Of a DNA stretch of 64,000 nt, positions 29,508 through 38,912 are shown piece by piece. Positions within the stretch are counted from its first letter, which is position 1; each line of letters opens with the position of its first letter. A program made the translations under genes and the position numbers. The notes under the pieces were generated by a model. That model was not told the origin of the DNA and did no database searches. It saw only the letters and a program-made list of their open reading frames with translations. The stretch comes from a virus, in the IMG/VR virus record IMGVR_UViG_3300001097_000004, positions 10,664-74,663 of that record. The stretch is one strand, 5' to 3'.

Positions 29508-29813
29508 TTAGTTGCTGAGTTTTTGGTCGAGGATTCCGACCATAGTGGATAATGCAAGAAGTGTGCATCCGATAAGGGTGGGCACGGGTACCAGCAAGTA
29601 CAATACTAGCACAACTGCGGCGATCCAGAAGCCCAAACACCAGTAGCAGGTGAGCAGATAGCCTATGCGTGTGCTCTCCGGGGGGAATTTGTTCCAAAAA
29701 CGGGCTCTGAGACCGGAAAACAAGGTATCTTCTATGGCCAAACGACAGAGTCTGTAGATGGCCAGGGCCAGAATAATGAGGTAGACAGGGTTGAAATAGG
29801 GGGTAAAATCCAT
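29508..29813 (-). CDS. DUF1360-like membrane protein
   Basis: LA.YRL.RL..ED, YLLTCYWCLGFW; hydrophobic helices. Confidence 0.75.
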   Translation of the reverse strand: MDFTPYFNPVYLIILALAIYRLCRLAIEDTLFSGLRARFWNKFPPESTRIGYLLTCYWCLGFWIAAVVLVLYLLVPVPTLIGCTLLALSTMVGILDQKLSN

Positions 29814-29841
29814 GTTTTTTGGTCCTTTTGCTCTTTTAGGT

Positions 29842-30216
29842 CTAACTTGGGTCTTTTATGCTGGAAACACCACTGCCATAGGGGTTCCAAGAGCGCAAAC
29901 GGCTCCCACAACCACACGCGGAGTCCTTTTTGAAGGCGATCTTCTTACCGGAGAGGGTTTGAACGAAGGAATCACGGTCTTTGTCGGGATTCTTGTAGTA
30001 AGTCAGAGGATCAATCCCCTCGGAGAATACCACCTGAGGTCCGTTGCCGCTGTCTTGGGCAATAATGATGCGATTGTTCATGATTACGACCCGCGCAATG
30101 GTAATCGGGTAGCTTCCGTGGGTCGGAGGGGCACTTCTAAGGTTAAACGGCTCAATATCTGAGCCTGTAGGGGCAATGGAGACCGTTGCAGGGACTACAT
30201 CAGCACGAGCATTCAT
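29842..30216 (-). CDS. Hypothetical protein (CGCG motif)
   Basis: 124 aa, coupled to the upstream gene; C-terminal CGCGSRLRSWNP. Confidence 0.7.
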   Translation of the reverse strand: MNARADVVPATVSIAPTGSDIEPFNLRSAPPTHGSYPITIARVVIMNNRIIIAQDSGNGPQVVFSEGIDPLTYYKNPDKDRDSFVQTLSGKKIAFKKDSACGCGSRLRSWNPYGSGVSSIKDPS

Positions 30217-30719
30217 TATTTGTCCAATCTTTTGGCCATAGCACGATAGGTGACCTCAGATGCCGCGGCCAACTCTCTTATTGTAACGTCTTTGGAGCGA
30301 AAATCCTTGCAAATACTCGTCAGCTGGTTATTGGCGAGAGCGGCAGCATGTTGGGGGGACATTCCGGAGCGATATTTCCTCGCAACCAGAGAAAGTTTGA
30401 GAATGTGGGACTGATCGTAGGGGGAAATTCCGGGAGAGACGGGGTTGGTGGGCTCAGGCCGGGGTGGAGGCTCGGGGAGGGGGGCATCAACCAGGTGCTC
30501 AGAGACTACAGTGTCTGTGGCCCGGTCAATCCACGATTTGACAGTGGATCGGGGCTTAGGCGGAATGAACGCCTCACCGATAGCTCGAAGAGTCCAACCG
30601 TTGGTGTAGAGGGTAAGAGCGCGAGCGTCCCGATAGAGGGGCGTAAGAGTGGTAAGGAGTATAGACTCGCTCTCCGGGAGAGTTTGTCCTCGGGCGGGCC
30701 GTCTAATGTTTGTGGGCAT
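30216..30719 (-). CDS. Double helix-turn-helix DNA-binding protein
   Basis: GWTLRAIGEAF..PRSTVKSW and VTIRELAAASEVTYRAMAKRL; leaderless TAGACT -10 box. Confidence 0.75.
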   Translation of the reverse strand: MPTNIRRPARGQTLPESESILLTTLTPLYRDARALTLYTNGWTLRAIGEAFIPPKPRSTVKSWIDRATDTVVSEHLVDAPLPEPPPRPEPTNPVSPGISPYDQSHILKLSLVARKYRSGMSPQHAAALANNQLTSICKDFRSKDVTIRELAAASEVTYRAMAKRLDK

Positions 30720-30842
30720 GTAGAGAGTCTACCAGACTTGTACTGAGGGGAGTTTTGTGGTACCTTGTGTCCATGACACATCTACACTGCACGGATCAAG
30801 CCGCTATGCTTGGTTTGGCCGAAGTAAGCTTGGAAGCTTGAC

Positions 30843-31526
30843 ATGGGCGTGAAGTACTTTTTGGATCGGGAGGGGTCCCTCTGGGCGCAAAAGACTGAGG
30901 AGACCTATACATGTGTCACCGAACCCTATAAGGAGACTTCTGAGGCGTGGGGGCCTCTAACGGAACTTGTGCCTAAGGGCTCAGAGGATGTGGACTCTGA
31001 GGAGCCGTCAAGCGTGGTAACCGAACGGGATGTGGACGGAACTGTCGTAGTCACTAAGACATACACGTCCGGAAGCGCATCCCCGGTCATTGGAGGGGTA
31101 TTAGTGTCGTACACAGCCTCAGGGTATCCTACTGGGGTTGTAGGTGATCCCGGAGCTACAGGTGTTGCTGGTGTGGAGTCTACGTGGCCGTTCCCGCCTC
31201 CGGAGGTGGGCCCGGTATATCCGGAGCCGAAGAGCAAAATGAGAAAGAAAAATAACACATCCTTCCGCCAGATTCGCAAAGCTGAGCAAGATAGACGCAA
31301 GCAAGCCGAGGGCCGAATTCAGAGACCTTTGATAGGGTTTGACCCGGCAGGCCCTGCGGAATCAGCCGTTGTGATGTTGCCCGACGGACGAATCACTCCT
31401 GTATCGGAGGGATTTAAGTGGGACGGGTCTAAGCCCGGAGCTAGCGAACTCGGAACGTACCGAGCCCTGGACGTGGACGGCGTGCGGTCGGGTCCATCTG
31501 GATACGGCGAGACGCAACGGACTTAG
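30843..31526 (+). CDS. Hypothetical protein, antisense to the structural operon
   Basis: 227 aa; N-terminal D.EG..W...WGPLTEL motif recalled from small actinophage proteins; overlaps the terminase 3' end. Confidence 0.55.
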   Translation: MGVKYFLDREGSLWAQKTEETYTCVTEPYKETSEAWGPLTELVPKGSEDVDSEEPSSVVTERDVDGTVVVTKTYTSGSASPVIGGVLVSYTASGYPTGVVGDPGATGVAGVESTWPFPPPEVGPVYPEPKSKMRKKNNTSFRQIRKAEQDRRKQAEGRIQRPLIGFDPAGPAESAVVMLPDGRITPVSEGFKWDGSKPGASELGTYRALDVDGVRSGPSGYGETQRT

Positions 31527-34056
31527 CCTGGATGGAACCTCCAGTGAAGCCCTTCGGTGGCTTAATGAGGAGGGCGGTTAGGGCGTGCACGAGTGCGTCC
31601 ACGCGGTCAGGGGATTTGGATGAAAGCTCGGGCATCCACGTAGTCATCTGGGTCTCCAGGTCACCGAGGACGTTGAGGTGGTGGACACGCCTCTGGGTGT
31701 AGGCCAGCGTAATCGGCTCGGCGCGGAGCTTCTTACCCTGCTTGGAGAAGACCTCTAGGACTGTGATGGAGGGGTCGATCTGGTGGATAGCGTTGCGCAC
31801 GAGGGCACCACCTTGGTTGACCTCTGCCACAACGGGGCACTGCCAGCGGCGGGCCGCATCTACAACGACCTGCGCCCACGCGGTTGGTGAGCCCTTGATA
31901 GAGAGGTCTTCGATAACCCACGCGTTACGGCGGTAGAGGTCCGGCTCGTTCGTGGAGCCAACGACAACAATTCCGCACTCGTCCTTGGGGTTCTCCGCAA
32001 CGGAGGGGTCAACCCCAACCAGACGTAGTGGTGTGAACGGGGGCTTCAAGGACATGTAGCGAGCATCCGTAATCATCTCGTCCGTCCAAAGGGCCCCATC
32101 GATGGCATCCAACATCTCTCCGAAGAGTTCTTGGCGAGCCTGTTGGGAGCCGTGCCCGAACTGAGCTTCTAGAGAGTTTAGATAGGCGGCACCAAGGTTT
32201 CCGGCGTTGTCGTACGTGGAACCACGGCGTAAGAGTACGCGTCCGGTCTTCTTCTCCTCCTCTAGAAGATCAAAGAGAACAGGGACACGCTTGGGAGTCG
32301 TAGTAGCAATGATCTGCGGGTTCTTGCCTAGACGGGTGGCTACTCGGAGATTTTGCCATGCGGTCATACCTGCCTTATCCGGGGTCAGTCGCCAGGCTGC
32401 GATCTCATCGGCCCAGCTGTAGGAATTAGCTGTGGGAATAAGGCCCTCACCGGCGAGGAAAAGATGGTTTGGAGAGTCTACAGTAATGCAGCGAACATCT
32501 CGCGCAGGAATCAGATCGACAGACCTAATAGTTCGAGTAAAATTAGCCCGAGAGTTTCTAGGCACAAACCTCTCAACCTTTCGAGGTAGGGTGACCAGAG
32601 AGACATCCGAGTATACGTGCACATACCATGATGGCTTCGTGGGAACATCATATCTGTAGTTGTCTGGCTTAGAGTACACACGAGGGATAAGACCAAGACT
32701 TCTGCAGAGACGGACATAGCCATCAACAAGGCTCTTGTTGGTGTTGAAGAAACGAAATGCACCGTCATCCTCTACACCGCCGTCTGAGTCGGTAAGCCCC
32801 TGAACTAGCGCCAACCTATCTTCGTAGGAGGACATAAAGAACTCCTCGGGGATGAACTTCGCTGTGTCCCACACCTTAGTGATACCTAGGGCAGCAATCT
32901 TATGGTTTTTACGTTCTCTGGCTGGATAACCCAGTTCTGTGAGCTTTTCTACTGTAAAATCGATGTCCTCTGCGTTGGAGGCAATAGTGCCGGGTTGTCG
33001 TGTGGCTCCATCTCCTAGAACGAGACCCAGCACCCAAGGATGTAGAGGAAGTTTTAGGGCGTAGGGCTCTGATGGGATATTTAAGGCCGGAGACGCTGGA
33101 ATCTGATGACGACTGGATATTGTTTTAGCAATCTCAGATGTAGTTTTTACCGTAGAGGGGTATCCCGGTACTGTGCCAGTTTTGAACTTGTTTCTCCAGT
33201 ACTTAACCTGCTTGATAGAGACACGAGCCGTCTGCATAATTTTCGTTTTAGTGTCCCCTTGAGCGGTCATCTCATAGATGAGTCGTTGTTGTGCTGGAAT
33301 TATTGAATCTTTACGAGTGAATGTGGGCTCATAGCTGGCCCATGTGGGAACAATGATCTGCCTACCATGGATGCGATCTAGCCGAGATGTGTCCACAGCA
33401 GTTAGCGTGGGCCAGAGGTGGTTACCGTCTGCGTCAATATATGTGCCGTCTGAGAAGGAGATTCGATAGAGAGATTCGGCCCGCTGGATAGGGTGAATTC
33501 TAGTTACGCGGGATGGGAGGCCTCTCTCATCAAAGACATAATCCTCCGTGGTGGTGTCACGCATAGTTGTCCACCCTCTGGTAGTGAGAATGGGGGTATC
33601 AAGAGCAAGCGGAGCCTGTGGGCCACGGAGTGAGTCCGGCTCGTCAGCGGTAGTGATAAAGGCCGAGTTGCCGTTCGGCCAGATCAGCTCACGGATAGAG
33701 GGCTTATACTCTGGTCGCTCAGAGGGTGGGGAGACCGCGAGGATTCCACTTTCTCCCGAAACCATAACCTGACGCGCATCGGCTGCGGTACGGGCAACGA
33801 GAAGGAAGCGTAGACGACCCTCATTGGTCTTCTTGGCCTTCTCTCTGATCCACTCAGCCGCTGCGCGGGTCTTGCCCGATCCTCTTCCAGCCAAGTATAC
33901 ACCTATATCGAAAGACTCGTCGTCAGGGAACTGCTGCTCAGGGCGACCGAAGAAGCTCCAGTCCCAGACTAGGGCTTCAGGATCGAGACCTCGGAGGGCT
34001 TCATCCCGCTCATCGGGGGGCAGGAGCGCAACCTGCTCTGCTAGTGAAAGGGCCAT
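31441..34056 (-). CDS. terL: Terminase large subunit (intein-containing)
   Basis: Walker A AGRGSGKT, LRGPQ..W.DE Walker B, TTTPK, nuclease VGVDP..DECGIVV, SPDRVDAL. Confidence 0.95.
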   Translation of the reverse strand: MALSLAEQVALLPPDERDEALRGLDPEALVWDWSFFGRPEQQFPDDESFDIGVYLAGRGSGKTRAAAEWIREKAKKTNEGRLRFLLVARTAADARQVMVSGESGILAVSPPSERPEYKPSIRELIWPNGNSAFITTADEPDSLRGPQAPLALDTPILTTRGWTTMRDTTTEDYVFDERGLPSRVTRIHPIQRAESLYRISFSDGTYIDADGNHLWPTLTAVDTSRLDRIHGRQIIVPTWASYEPTFTRKDSIIPAQQRLIYEMTAQGDTKTKIMQTARVSIKQVKYWRNKFKTGTVPGYPSTVKTTSEIAKTISSRHQIPASPALNIPSEPYALKLPLHPWVLGLVLGDGATRQPGTIASNAEDIDFTVEKLTELGYPARERKNHKIAALGITKVWDTAKFIPEEFFMSSYEDRLALVQGLTDSDGGVEDDGAFRFFNTNKSLVDGYVRLCRSLGLIPRVYSKPDNYRYDVPTKPSWYVHVYSDVSLVTLPRKVERFVPRNSRANFTRTIRSVDLIPARDVRCITVDSPNHLFLAGEGLIPTANSYSWADEIAAWRLTPDKAGMTAWQNLRVATRLGKNPQIIATTTPKRVPVLFDLLEEEKKTGRVLLRRGSTYDNAGNLGAAYLNSLEAQFGHGSQQARQELFGEMLDAIDGALWTDEMITDARYMSLKPPFTPLRLVGVDPSVAENPKDECGIVVVGSTNEPDLYRRNAWVIEDLSIKGSPTAWAQVVVDAARRWQCPVVAEVNQGGALVRNAIHQIDPSITVLEVFSKQGKKLRAEPITLAYTQRRVHHLNVLGDLETQMTTWMPELSSKSPDRVDALVHALTALLIKPPKGFTGGSIQAKSVASRRIQMDPTARRPRPGLGTFRVR
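32425..33612 (-). mobile_element. Class 3 intein with LAGLIDADG homing endonuclease (396 aa)
   Basis: Starts PLALDTPILT; block B HLW, block F VRCITV, block G PTAN|S; LAGLIDADG-like VLGLVLGDG and LVQGLTDSDG. Removal restores LRGPQASYSWADE. Confidence 0.9.
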
Positions 34057-34339
34057 TTGGTTATTATAGCATTGAAAAGGAACGAGTTGTTGTTCGTACT
34101 GAGTGGGTGGGATGGTACCTTAACCTTAATTTTGTTACCGGGTGGGGGCGCGGAATAGGCAGCGGCAGAAGAGGGGTGGGTATACTTCGTACTGAGGGGG
34201 GAAATCGGCCCATTAACGTCAAAGTGCGTTTGACGGGTGAGACGGGAACCCTTATATGCGCCTCGGCTGCAAAATCGTTTCCTGAATTTTTCTCATGCCG
34301 ACCGGCCAGAAATTCCAAGTCCCACCCCCTCCCTCCCAA

Positions 34340-34790
34340 GTAGTGCATTATATCATCATTTCTCGTGTTTGTCAACATAATTGACAATATATTCCTCACA
34401 AAAATATGTGAGAGACATTCATGTACATTTCTATGAAATAATCTCACTATCTCAATGATGAGTTTCATTCATGACTATTATTGATAGACATTCATCATTC
34501 AATTAGCCTAGCTAATGTATATGCTTAGCTAGCTAATGTATATGCTTAGCTAGGCTAATGATAATCAATGAGCAATAATCATCAATGATGTGTTGACACT
34601 GGGCTGATAGTGTGCTAGGGTAGGCCTAGGATGTGTGTACAGCCCAGGTGTGAGCACTACTCACGTGCATAGGTGCGCCTGCCTGCCTGCTGCCTGCCTG
34701 AAGATAGCAGTGAGGCAAACTCCTCAGACCCCCCTCAGACCCCCCTCAGACCCCCCCCTCTACAGGCAAAAAATACCCCCCCCCTGTAGG
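34340..34790. repeat. AT-rich non-coding block with direct and inverted repeats
   Basis: TAGCTAATGTATATGCTTAGC x2 flanked by TAGCCTAGC/GCTAGGCTA; CCTCAGACCCC x3; GCCT runs. Confidence 0.8.
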
Positions 34791-34803
34791 CTATAATTGA
34801 GAT

Positions 34804-34902
34804 ATGAAGAAATGCTCAAAATGTGGAGACACGTATCCGACATCCCAGTTCGAGCGAGACTCAACAAAAAGAGACGGCCACAAATATCAATGTGAAATTT
34901 GA
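34804..34902 (+). pseudogene. Truncated zinc-finger ORF (HNH/EndoVII-type N-terminal finger)
   Basis: TATAAT-N6-ATG; MKKCSKCGDTYPTSQF...DGHKYQCEI* with TGA where the fourth Cys is expected. Confidence 0.5.
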
Positions 34903-35368
34903 GCTAGGCAACTATCGGCATCACGGTTGGCACCGGGCCTAAGGGTTATCGGCATGTAGCTACGCTCTACAGATATTGATCGTAGCGTGAACTATAGGTG
35001 AGCTTCACCGCATCGACTGGGTTACGCGTGAAAGTCTCAACGTCACCCGTTGACGTGTTGCCAAGGATGCCAACCATTCTCACGGCAGTAAACACTACGT
35101 CACCGCATGAGTCCGCGACCGCCGAGCTACGCGCCAACCATCGCTGTGAGCCTGTAAGAAATTCATCATCTTCAATGATGTCCGCATACTCTACTGTGTG
35201 TGCCACGGTGTCTCCCGACTTGATCCCCATCTGGTGGAGGTAGTTCCTACTATACATGACCCGCGACACGATTGCAACTCTTGTACCGCGACACGCCCGA
35301 GATTCGTGAGAGTTGACTCTCACCCCCTAAGCATGTAAGCTAAAGCTAACCGATTGAAAGGGGACACA

Positions 35369-35593
35369 ATGTCTCACACAAACACTGTAAGCCACGAGCT
35401 AGCCGAGTGGACTACTGCCGAGTTGCAACTCCGCTATGACGTGCTCACCGAGTTAGGCGCACCATACGGCCCCGGGGACATTGACAGCTACCTGCGCCGA
35501 CTGGATACAGCGATGTGTGGCTGTGGGGACGAGTACCCCTGCGAGGTTGATAGCTCACGCGCCATTGATATCGAGCTAGGCTCACGCGCCTAA
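35369..35593 (+). CDS. Hypothetical early protein
   Basis: TTGACT-N17-TAAGCT promoter (35313-35341), RBS GAAAGGGG, downstream hairpin. Confidence 0.8.
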   Translation: MSHTNTVSHELAEWTTAELQLRYDVLTELGAPYGPGDIDSYLRRLDTAMCGCGDEYPCEVDSSRAIDIELGSRA

Positions 35594-35799
35594 GGCCTAA
35601 GACATGCGCCCCGGGGTAGTTGACCGGGGCGTTAGTCTTGCCCGGGGTACTCTCACGCGCCAACACGCGCCTAAGCCCTTAGACGGCCACACAGCGAACG
35701 ACACGCCCGGGATTCACGAGAGTTGACACGACACTCGCAATACGATAGTCTTACATTGTAAGCAGTTGATAACTCCACACAGACAGAAATGAGACTCTC

Positions 35800-36021
35800 A
35801 TGACGACAGCGACCATCGTAGGCATCACCGGTCAGGCAGACAACCTCTTCGCAACTGGAACTAAGTCCGGGGGCATCAAGGTGAAGACCAGCGATAAAGG
35901 TCTCGCCCGTAACATCGCTCCTAGCACAGTCCAGAATAAAGGTGGATTCCTCGCAACACTCGACAACATCTACCTCAACGGCCAGAACGGCACCTATTAC
36001 CACTCGATCATTCTCAACTAA
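35800..36021 (+). CDS. Hypothetical early protein
   Basis: TTGACA-N17-TAGTCT promoter (35723-35751), downstream hairpin. Confidence 0.8.
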   Translation: MTTATIVGITGQADNLFATGTKSGGIKVKTSDKGLARNIAPSTVQNKGGFLATLDNIYLNGQNGTYYHSIILN

Positions 36022-36216
36022 ACTCAATGCCCCTCAGCTTTCACAGTGTGGGGCGTTAGTTGTTTCCAGGGGCAACTCCACGCCGAGCACTCCTAAGCCG
36101 TTAGCGAGACACACAGCACCACAGGACACGCTGAGAGTCAAGGGTTGACATGCACGCGCCTACCATGTACACTTTAACTATAGCCCCAAGGTGGGGCAGA
36201 TTGAGAGACAACCACC

Positions 36217-36450
36217 ATGGCTCACGTCAACACGCGCCCATCGCGCACGAGCACCTATGCGCTCCCATACCCGGGGCAGGTGGAGTCAGACCCGGCCCTA
36301 GGCGATATCGTAAAGGTTCTGTCCGGCGATCTCCGGGGAGACTTCGGGATAGTCCAGAATTACGTGTTAGGTTCTGTCAAACCCTATGAAATTCTAGTAG
36401 GCCACACCTCGCACTACTTTAGCGCACCGCAACTCTTGCCGGTTATCTAG
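36217..36450 (+). CDS. Hypothetical early protein (KOW/SH3-like)
   Basis: TTGACA-N17-TACACT promoter (36145-36173); GDIVKVLSG..RG..G.V pattern. Confidence 0.7.
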   Translation: MAHVNTRPSRTSTYALPYPGQVESDPALGDIVKVLSGDLRGDFGIVQNYVLGSVKPYEILVGHTSHYFSAPQLLPVI

Positions 36451-36541
36451 ACCAGCACGACACGCGCCCCGGCTCACACGAGCGCGGGGCGTTAGTCGTT
36501 CCCCAGGCGATCTGCCCGGACACTGAGAATTTCCGAGTCCC

Positions 36542-37102
36542 TTACGCGGTCGCCCGGTTCCCGGACTTGATAGGTGTGTAGACTTTAGACTCTCCTGTAG
36601 CCGGGGACTTAAGCCCGTATCTGGCAAGTCTGAACCTTAACGCGCCGTGAGTGACACCTAGTCTTTTAGCTAGTCTATACATTGGTACCCCATCTGTCAA
36701 GTGCACGTCTGCCACCAGATTAGTGTACTCCTCAGCTTCTTCACGATACAGTGGCGAATTAGCTCGCACTTGCTGCGCCAGTGGTTGCAGCTCCAGCATG
36801 CGCTCAAGCTTCACCGGGTCAGGCTCCACGAACACGCGGGGCGACTTCACTGGCTTAGCCGGGGGCATGGGCAGCGGGAACTCCGCTAGGCTCACTGTAG
36901 AGTCCACGAATGTAGAGTCTGCCACGATCTGCCGGATACGCTCGCGCGTTACGCCTGCCGAGTTGGAGATAGACTGTAGTGTCCAGCCCTGCGCACGTAA
37001 CGCAGTAGCGTAATCGTCACGCGCATCATTGTCAAGTTCTGAGAATTTCTCATCCACCTCGACCGGTAGGGTCAGGCGAGTCTTACGATATTCAATATCC
37101 AT
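36542..37102 (-). CDS. Double helix-turn-helix DNA-binding protein (sigma70 region-4-like)
   Basis: GWTLQSISNSAGVTRERIRQI and GVPMYRLAKRLGVTHGALRFRL. Confidence 0.8.
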   Translation of the reverse strand: MDIEYRKTRLTLPVEVDEKFSELDNDARDDYATALRAQGWTLQSISNSAGVTRERIRQIVADSTFVDSTVSLAEFPLPMPPAKPVKSPRVFVEPDPVKLERMLELQPLAQQVRANSPLYREEAEEYTNLVADVHLTDGVPMYRLAKRLGVTHGALRFRLARYGLKSPATGESKVYTPIKSGNRATA

Positions 37103-37216
37103 GTTAGTTTGTCCTTGTACGTGTCCCGCACAACTCTACTCTAACACAATATACTTCAACCCGCAAGCCCAGACAGAAATACCCCAGACCAATTAGCCCG
37201 GGGCACTTCTATAATC

Positions 37217-37570
37217 CTATGAGCCGGACATCGCGACCGGGGCCATATTCTCCAGCAGCGTGTGCACGTACTCTGTCAGCCCGAGAGTTTCGCCCTCTAA
37301 GTCAACGCCACCGGTCAGCAGCACGTCACCCTCAATGGTGCCTGTGCCTTGTCCATAGACCATCGACCACAAATGTGTCGCCACTGTGTTGTGGTCAAGC
37401 CCGATCAGCTTGCCCTCTTCGTTGACGTACATGTCAAGGTCACGACTCAGTGAGACACACTCAATGTATCCACCTACCGCATCTTGCATGACGTTCAGTG
37501 AGGAATCCCCACTGTCAAGATCAACTACGACCTGCTCGCCCGAGACCTTAATCTGTAGTGCTTTACGCAT
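37217..37570 (-). CDS. DUF3846-like protein
   Basis: MQDAVGGYIE..L...MYVNEEGK..L..N..AT...I.GDVLLTG; start MRKAL with AAGGAG RBS. Confidence 0.8.
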   Translation of the reverse strand: MRKALQIKVSGEQVVVDLDSGDSSLNVMQDAVGGYIECVSLSRDLDMYVNEEGKLIGLDHNTVATHLWSMVYGQGTGTIEGDVLLTGGVDLEGETLGLTEYVHTLLENMAPVAMSGS

Positions 37571-37630
37571 CTTGCGCTCCTTCGTTGTTGGTATTACCAG
37601 AGTACCAGCAGCTAGCGCGTATGTCAAACT

Positions 37631-38092
37631 CTAAGGAACAATATTAACATTCGGGTCGCCCTCGAACATCTTTTCAATCTGCTCTAGCGTAAAGTCGCCC
37701 GAGTAGTTGTTAGCATTTTGCCACTTCTTGGTAGCATTAGCCGTAAGTGCTCCGAACTTCCCGCCATGGTCGGAAGCAGCCTCAGAGAAACCAGCGTCAG
37801 CTAGTGCACGTTGCAGGTGCAGCACAGATAGTGACTTGCGCCTAGCGTCCCGCTTGTTCAACTGCGAGATCAGCACGTCGTCCGTGAACTTGCCCGAGAC
37901 TACGAACTCCTTGCGGATACGGGGGCGCGACTTCTGTGCTGCGGGCGCGGGCGTGGGAGCGGTAGCAGTCTCGACCTTCTCAGTCTCGACTTCCACAGTC
38001 TTCTTGCTCTCCTTCGCGGGAGCAGCAGGGGACTTGGAATTTTTCTTGTCCTCCGGGGCCTCAGCAGCCGGGGCGTTCTTGTTCTCATCCAT
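37631..38092 (-). CDS. Peptidoglycan-binding-domain-like protein
   Basis: VLHLQRALADAGF...GKFGALTANATKKWQ after a disordered N-terminus. Confidence 0.6.
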   Translation of the reverse strand: MDENKNAPAAEAPEDKKNSKSPAAPAKESKKTVEVETEKVETATAPTPAPAAQKSRPRIRKEFVVSGKFTDDVLISQLNKRDARRKSLSVLHLQRALADAGFSEAASDHGGKFGALTANATKKWQNANNYSGDFTLEQIEKMFEGDPNVNIVP

Positions 38093-38136
38093 AGCAATAT
38101 CTTACCACAGCTTCGCAGGGGGTAGTGCCCGTATGG

Positions 38137-38505
38137 TTAGTCTATCATGTGCGCGACCAGTTTGTCAAATGTGATTGTCTCCACCCGTAGCACGTGTCGC
38201 ATGTCGTACGTGGCTTGATTCTTTCCGATTCGTGTCTCTGAGCGGGGCACAGCGACCAATGCCACGACGTAGCCTAGCTTTTCAAGCATGGACATGATAG
38301 CGGGCTGTCCGAACCAGCGCAATAGCGCACCCGGGGACTCGAACGCGAATCGGTCACTCCAGCCAACCATGGGGATGCCATCATCGTATGGGGCTGGGTG
38401 AATGTCCTTGTGTGTACGATACGTGCCAACCATAGCAGCCTCCTTATAGGGGCCTAGACCAGAGTCACAGTGTTGTACTCGGTAGAGCAGAATAGGGTTA
38501 TCCAT
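38137..38505 (-). CDS. Hypothetical protein
   Basis: Leaderless promoter TTGACA-N17-TAGACT-N6-ATG. Confidence 0.8.
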   Translation of the reverse strand: MDNPILLYRVQHCDSGLGPYKEAAMVGTYRTHKDIHPAPYDDGIPMVGWSDRFAFESPGALLRWFGQPAIMSMLEKLGYVVALVAVPRSETRIGKNQATYDMRHVLRVETITFDKLVAHMID

Positions 38506-38528
38506 AGCCCTAGTCTACAGCATATGAG

Positions 38529-38699
38529 CTACGGTGTCAAGTTCAGCAGCGCGATAGTCCCAGCACCGACTACCAGCACACCCGCAAGCGCGAGCAGGCT
38601 ACCAGACAGCACCGCAAGCACGATACCAGTCACGACCATAGCGAGCGCAAGCACAGCGAGCCAGTTAACCGAGCGCGTAAACATGAGGATTCTATTCAT
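38529..38699 (-). CDS. Small two-helix membrane protein (56 aa)
   Basis: MNRILMF...WLAVLALAMVVTGIVLAVLSGSLLALAGVLVVGAGTIALL; AAGGA RBS, ATGA overlap with the upstream gene. Confidence 0.7.
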   Translation of the reverse strand: MNRILMFTRSVNWLAVLALAMVVTGIVLAVLSGSLLALAGVLVVGAGTIALLNLTP

Positions 38700-38848
38700 T
38701 TCTTGTCCTTAGGTGGTGAGACTACCCCTAGCAGCGGTTCCAGCTTACGCGCACGCCTACGGGATAGGTACTCTAGCAGGGCGATGTACGCAGCGAATGC
38801 CGTAGCGAGCCCAGCGATTACCAGCAGCACGGCGAGGATAGGATTCAT
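38696..38848 (-). CDS. Small single-helix membrane protein (50 aa)
   Basis: MNPILAVLLVIAGLATAFAAYIALL..RRRARK; TAGACT-N6-ATG. Confidence 0.7.
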   Translation of the reverse strand: MNPILAVLLVIAGLATAFAAYIALLEYLSRRRARKLEPLLGVVSPPKDKK

Positions 38849-38912
38849 GCCCCGAGTCTAACACAGAAACGGCCTACCCGCAAGGGGCAAGCCGTATCCT
38901 GTTCAGCCGGGG

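Noticed and set aside
34064-34468. 134-aa minus-strand ORF upstream of terL as the small terminase
   Set aside because: It crosses the AT-rich block and has non-protein-like composition; terL has its own leaderless promoter here.
34900-34902. Genome-wide TGA recoding
   Set aside because: Many other genes end cleanly at TGA with coupled downstream starts.
34967-35323. 118-aa minus-strand ORF
   Set aside because: The 5' part overlaps a promoter repeat and no promoter or RBS is evident; coding status is unresolved.
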